Origin: Octopus sinensis
Lineage: Eukaryota
NCBI RefSeq assembly: GCF_006345805.1
Contig: NC_043003.1
Coordinates: 90,768,001-90,832,000, forward strand
Reading direction: 5' to 3'
Length of the DNA stretch: 64,000 bases
Shown here: piece after piece, positions 61,363-64,000 of the stretch
Layout: each line of letters opens with the position of its first letter
How positions within the stretch are numbered: the stretch's first letter is position 1
Program-made: the position numbers and the translations under genes
The notes under the pieces: generated by a model
What the model was told of the DNA's origin: nothing
The model's database searches: none
Seen by the model: the letters and a program-made list of their open reading frames with translations, nothing else

Positions 61363-62094
61363 TAAGTGGCTGAGTATTCTACAGACACATGTTTGCTTAC
61401 TGCAATCTTCAGACAGAATCAGGGAGACAATGTATGACAAAGCTGTGCTATTTTAATTACAAGGACAATCCATCCAACAGGCTTCGTCACAGTTTCCACT
61501 GACCCAATTTCACTCACAAAACTTGAGTGAACACTAAACCATAGTAAACAATGCTTTCCCAAGATACCATGCTGAGGATTGAAACTGGGATCTTCTGATT
61601 GCAAAGCAAGCCTTTCTTAATCATTCAATCATGCTGTTTCCAGACAAAATAATAACACAATACAATAGCTGTAATAATGTTTGAACTTAGACCTTGTTAT
61701 CAATAATCAATATTCCATCAAAGGTTTGACTATACATATTGAACCCATTGAATACAGTCATTAGGGTCTACAAAATCTATGATGTTAAAGTTAATATTAG
61801 ATAAAATTTAATCTAATGATATTGATCAAGATATTTATCACACAGCCTGTGAAGTGTCGCAGTGGCAAGATATACTTCAAAATATTTGTATTTATAATTC
61901 TATTTTGGAACAGTCTATCTCAAAGCAAATAAAGCTGCAAATAACAGCTTGTGAATATTGGGTTGAGAAATCCTTTTGGATTGAAAATATTGAAACAGGA
62001 GATTTGCATTCGTGTCCTACAGGCAGCCTCCAACTCTTTTTCTATCTGGAAGGGATTTTCAACCCAGTATTTACATGATATTATTCATAACTTT

Positions 62095-62500
62095 ACAAGG
62101 TGGCAGGTTAGCAGAACTGTTAGCATGCTGGACAATTGCTTACTGGTGTTTCTTCTGTCTTTTGTTCTGAGTTCCAAGTTCTCCAAAGGACAACTTTGCC
62201 TTTGATCCTTTCAAGGTCAATAAAATAAGTACCAGCTGAGCACTGGGGCCAATGGCCTTGTGCCAGAATTTGAAACCAATATTTAAAGATGGTGGACTGG
62301 TAGAATCATTTCCACACTGGACAAAATGCTAAGTGGCATTTCTACCGACTTTACATTCTGAGCTCAAATGCTGTGAGGGACGACTTTTGCCTTTCATCCT
62401 TTTGAGGGCAATACAATAAGTACCAGTTGAGCACTTGGGTCAACGTCCCCTCCCTCAAAATTTCAGACCTTGTACCTATAGTAGAAAGGATTATTTATAA
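62095..62500 (+). mobile_element. Two tandem SINE family A copies
   Basis: Copies at about 62095-62285 and 62285-62500. Confidence 0.75.
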
Positions 62501-63059
62501 CTTCATGTGTTTTGAGATCTGTTCCAAAAATTATTTTATGTTCTCCTGAGACTTTATAATTCTAATGATGTCAATTTATATTTTTATTTTATCTAACAGA
62601 ATGTGTGCTCAACAATCAGAGGTTCTATGTTTATCTTCATAGGGCCTTAATATTACCATTTCTGTCACTGTGTTTCAAGACTAGTGAGTGCTGTTAGTCA
62701 TTACCATGAAGTGACATCACTGGATATCATCTTCATGTTGTATGTCTAAGGCTAGTCAATTTGGTGGAGACTGTCTTCCACTAAACAATAGTCTCAGAAG
62801 TTAAAGCCAGTTCTATTATTTGACAAACAAACATCTGTCTTACAGTGCTTCTGCTACCTATAACCAAGAACTATACCACATAGTAGTGGCTACTAATGGC
62901 ATGTAAATTAAGCAATTGGAAAGTAAGTGCTTTGATTACAAACATCTTTCAGAAAGTGAATGACAAATGTTTGGCTGTCAGTCCAGTATTCATCAATTTA
63001 GTTTTACATATATATACATACATTTTTTTCTTTTTTTCTTTTTTTTCTTTTTTTTTTCT

Positions 63060-63592
63060 TTTTTTCTGCCTTTAACCCTCCAATGCTGAGTATAGGCCTC
63101 TTATAATTGAATTCCATGTCACATAATTTTTCGCTTCTGTACTTATACTCTGCCGTGAATGTCCCCCTTTCTCTAGTTCCTTTCGTGTTGATCAACGCCA
63201 CAAGTTCTTAGGCCTATCTTTCTTTCTATATCCATCTGGTTTCCATTTTAAAGCACTTTTCGCTATATTTGGTTTGTCTTTTCTCATTGTGCTACCAATC
63301 CACTTTTTCTTAAATATTTGCTCCCTAATCGAAACTTGATTTGTTCTTTCCCATAGCTCCATATTGCTTATGTGTTTGGGCCATCTAATTTTAAGTATAC
63401 TATGCAAGCATCTGTTGATGAATGATTGTATTTGCTTATTTGACTTAACTGTTGTTCGCCATGTCTCAGCCCCATACAATAACACCGCTTTTACGTTAGT
63501 GTTAAAAATTCTTATTTTGTTCTTTATTGAAATTACACTTGCACTCCATACTTTCTTTAACAGGTGAAAAGTGGTCCTTGCCTTACTTATTG
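63060..63592 (-). mobile_element. RTE-type LINE 3' fragment (third RTE family)
   Basis: KIRIFNTNVKAVLLYGAETW...ILKIRWP..ISNMELWERT...KWIG...DRPKNLWR (ORF 63192..63653). Confidence 0.88.
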
Positions 63593-63689
63593 TCGTCTTA
63601 TACATACATACGTACACAGAAATACACACACGTGCATGCGCACACTCACACATGTATATACAAACATCACAGTCACTGTATCACTGTAT

Positions 63690-64000
63690 CAACCAGACTA
63701 TTGGATGTTATTATAAACCACTGGTCCCAATGCCCTTCCAGTTCTTCTTTCTTGATTGTGCTATTCTTTTTCATCTTGGTCCATATAGTTTAACTAAATT
63801 GTCTTGCAATCTGTGTAGAGGTTTTCTGGGTGACTTTTTCTGGTCTCTTGGAATCCACTCAGCAACTGCATGCATCCACTTGTCTGTGAATGTTGAGACA
63901 TGTCTGATCCAGCAGAACTTGGTGATTTTGGTATTCTGCGATCATATCATTCACTTCACTCCATTCTCTAATCATTTAATTTCAGACACGCTCTCGCAAT
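63690..64000 (-). mobile_element. RTE-like C-terminal relic
   Basis: Colinear with 28180-28520. Confidence 0.5.

Noticed and set aside
61854-62205. Overlapping short ORFs on both strands
   Set aside because: No motif; one runs into a SINE; openness compatible with chance

Overview
Repeat-saturated, AT-rich animal genomic DNA. The SINE families and microsatellite load look like an octopod cephalopod, which is my inference and was not searched. I found no host protein-coding gene, rRNA, intact tRNA or CRISPR array that I can support. Almost all long ORFs are microsatellite read-throughs or broken retroelement ORFs. The window holds decayed non-LTR retrotransposons: R4/Dong-type RLE elements, RTE elements (two long inverted copies with a PHD-type C4HC3 finger inside the RT), a CR1 with its RT deleted, and L1/Tx1-type copies. 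It also holds several tRNA-derived SINE families, solo-LTR-like inserts, mariner/Tc1/pogo/hAT MITEs and many long inverted repeats. The most interesting theme is a set of minimal type-I hammerhead-ribozyme motifs of the kind known from Penelope-like elements. They occur (i) in the 3' tail of a tRNA-headed SINE (two copies, one with an inverted head duplication) and (ii) in the loop of a 171-bp inverted repeat whose arm boundary sits at the predicted cleavage site. Together these suggest non-autonomous, ribozyme-bearing, partly Pol III-type elements moved by Penelope-like machinery. Boundaries of decayed repeats are approximate (about +/-20 bp) unless a TSD or TIR is quoted. All alignments were done by eye.
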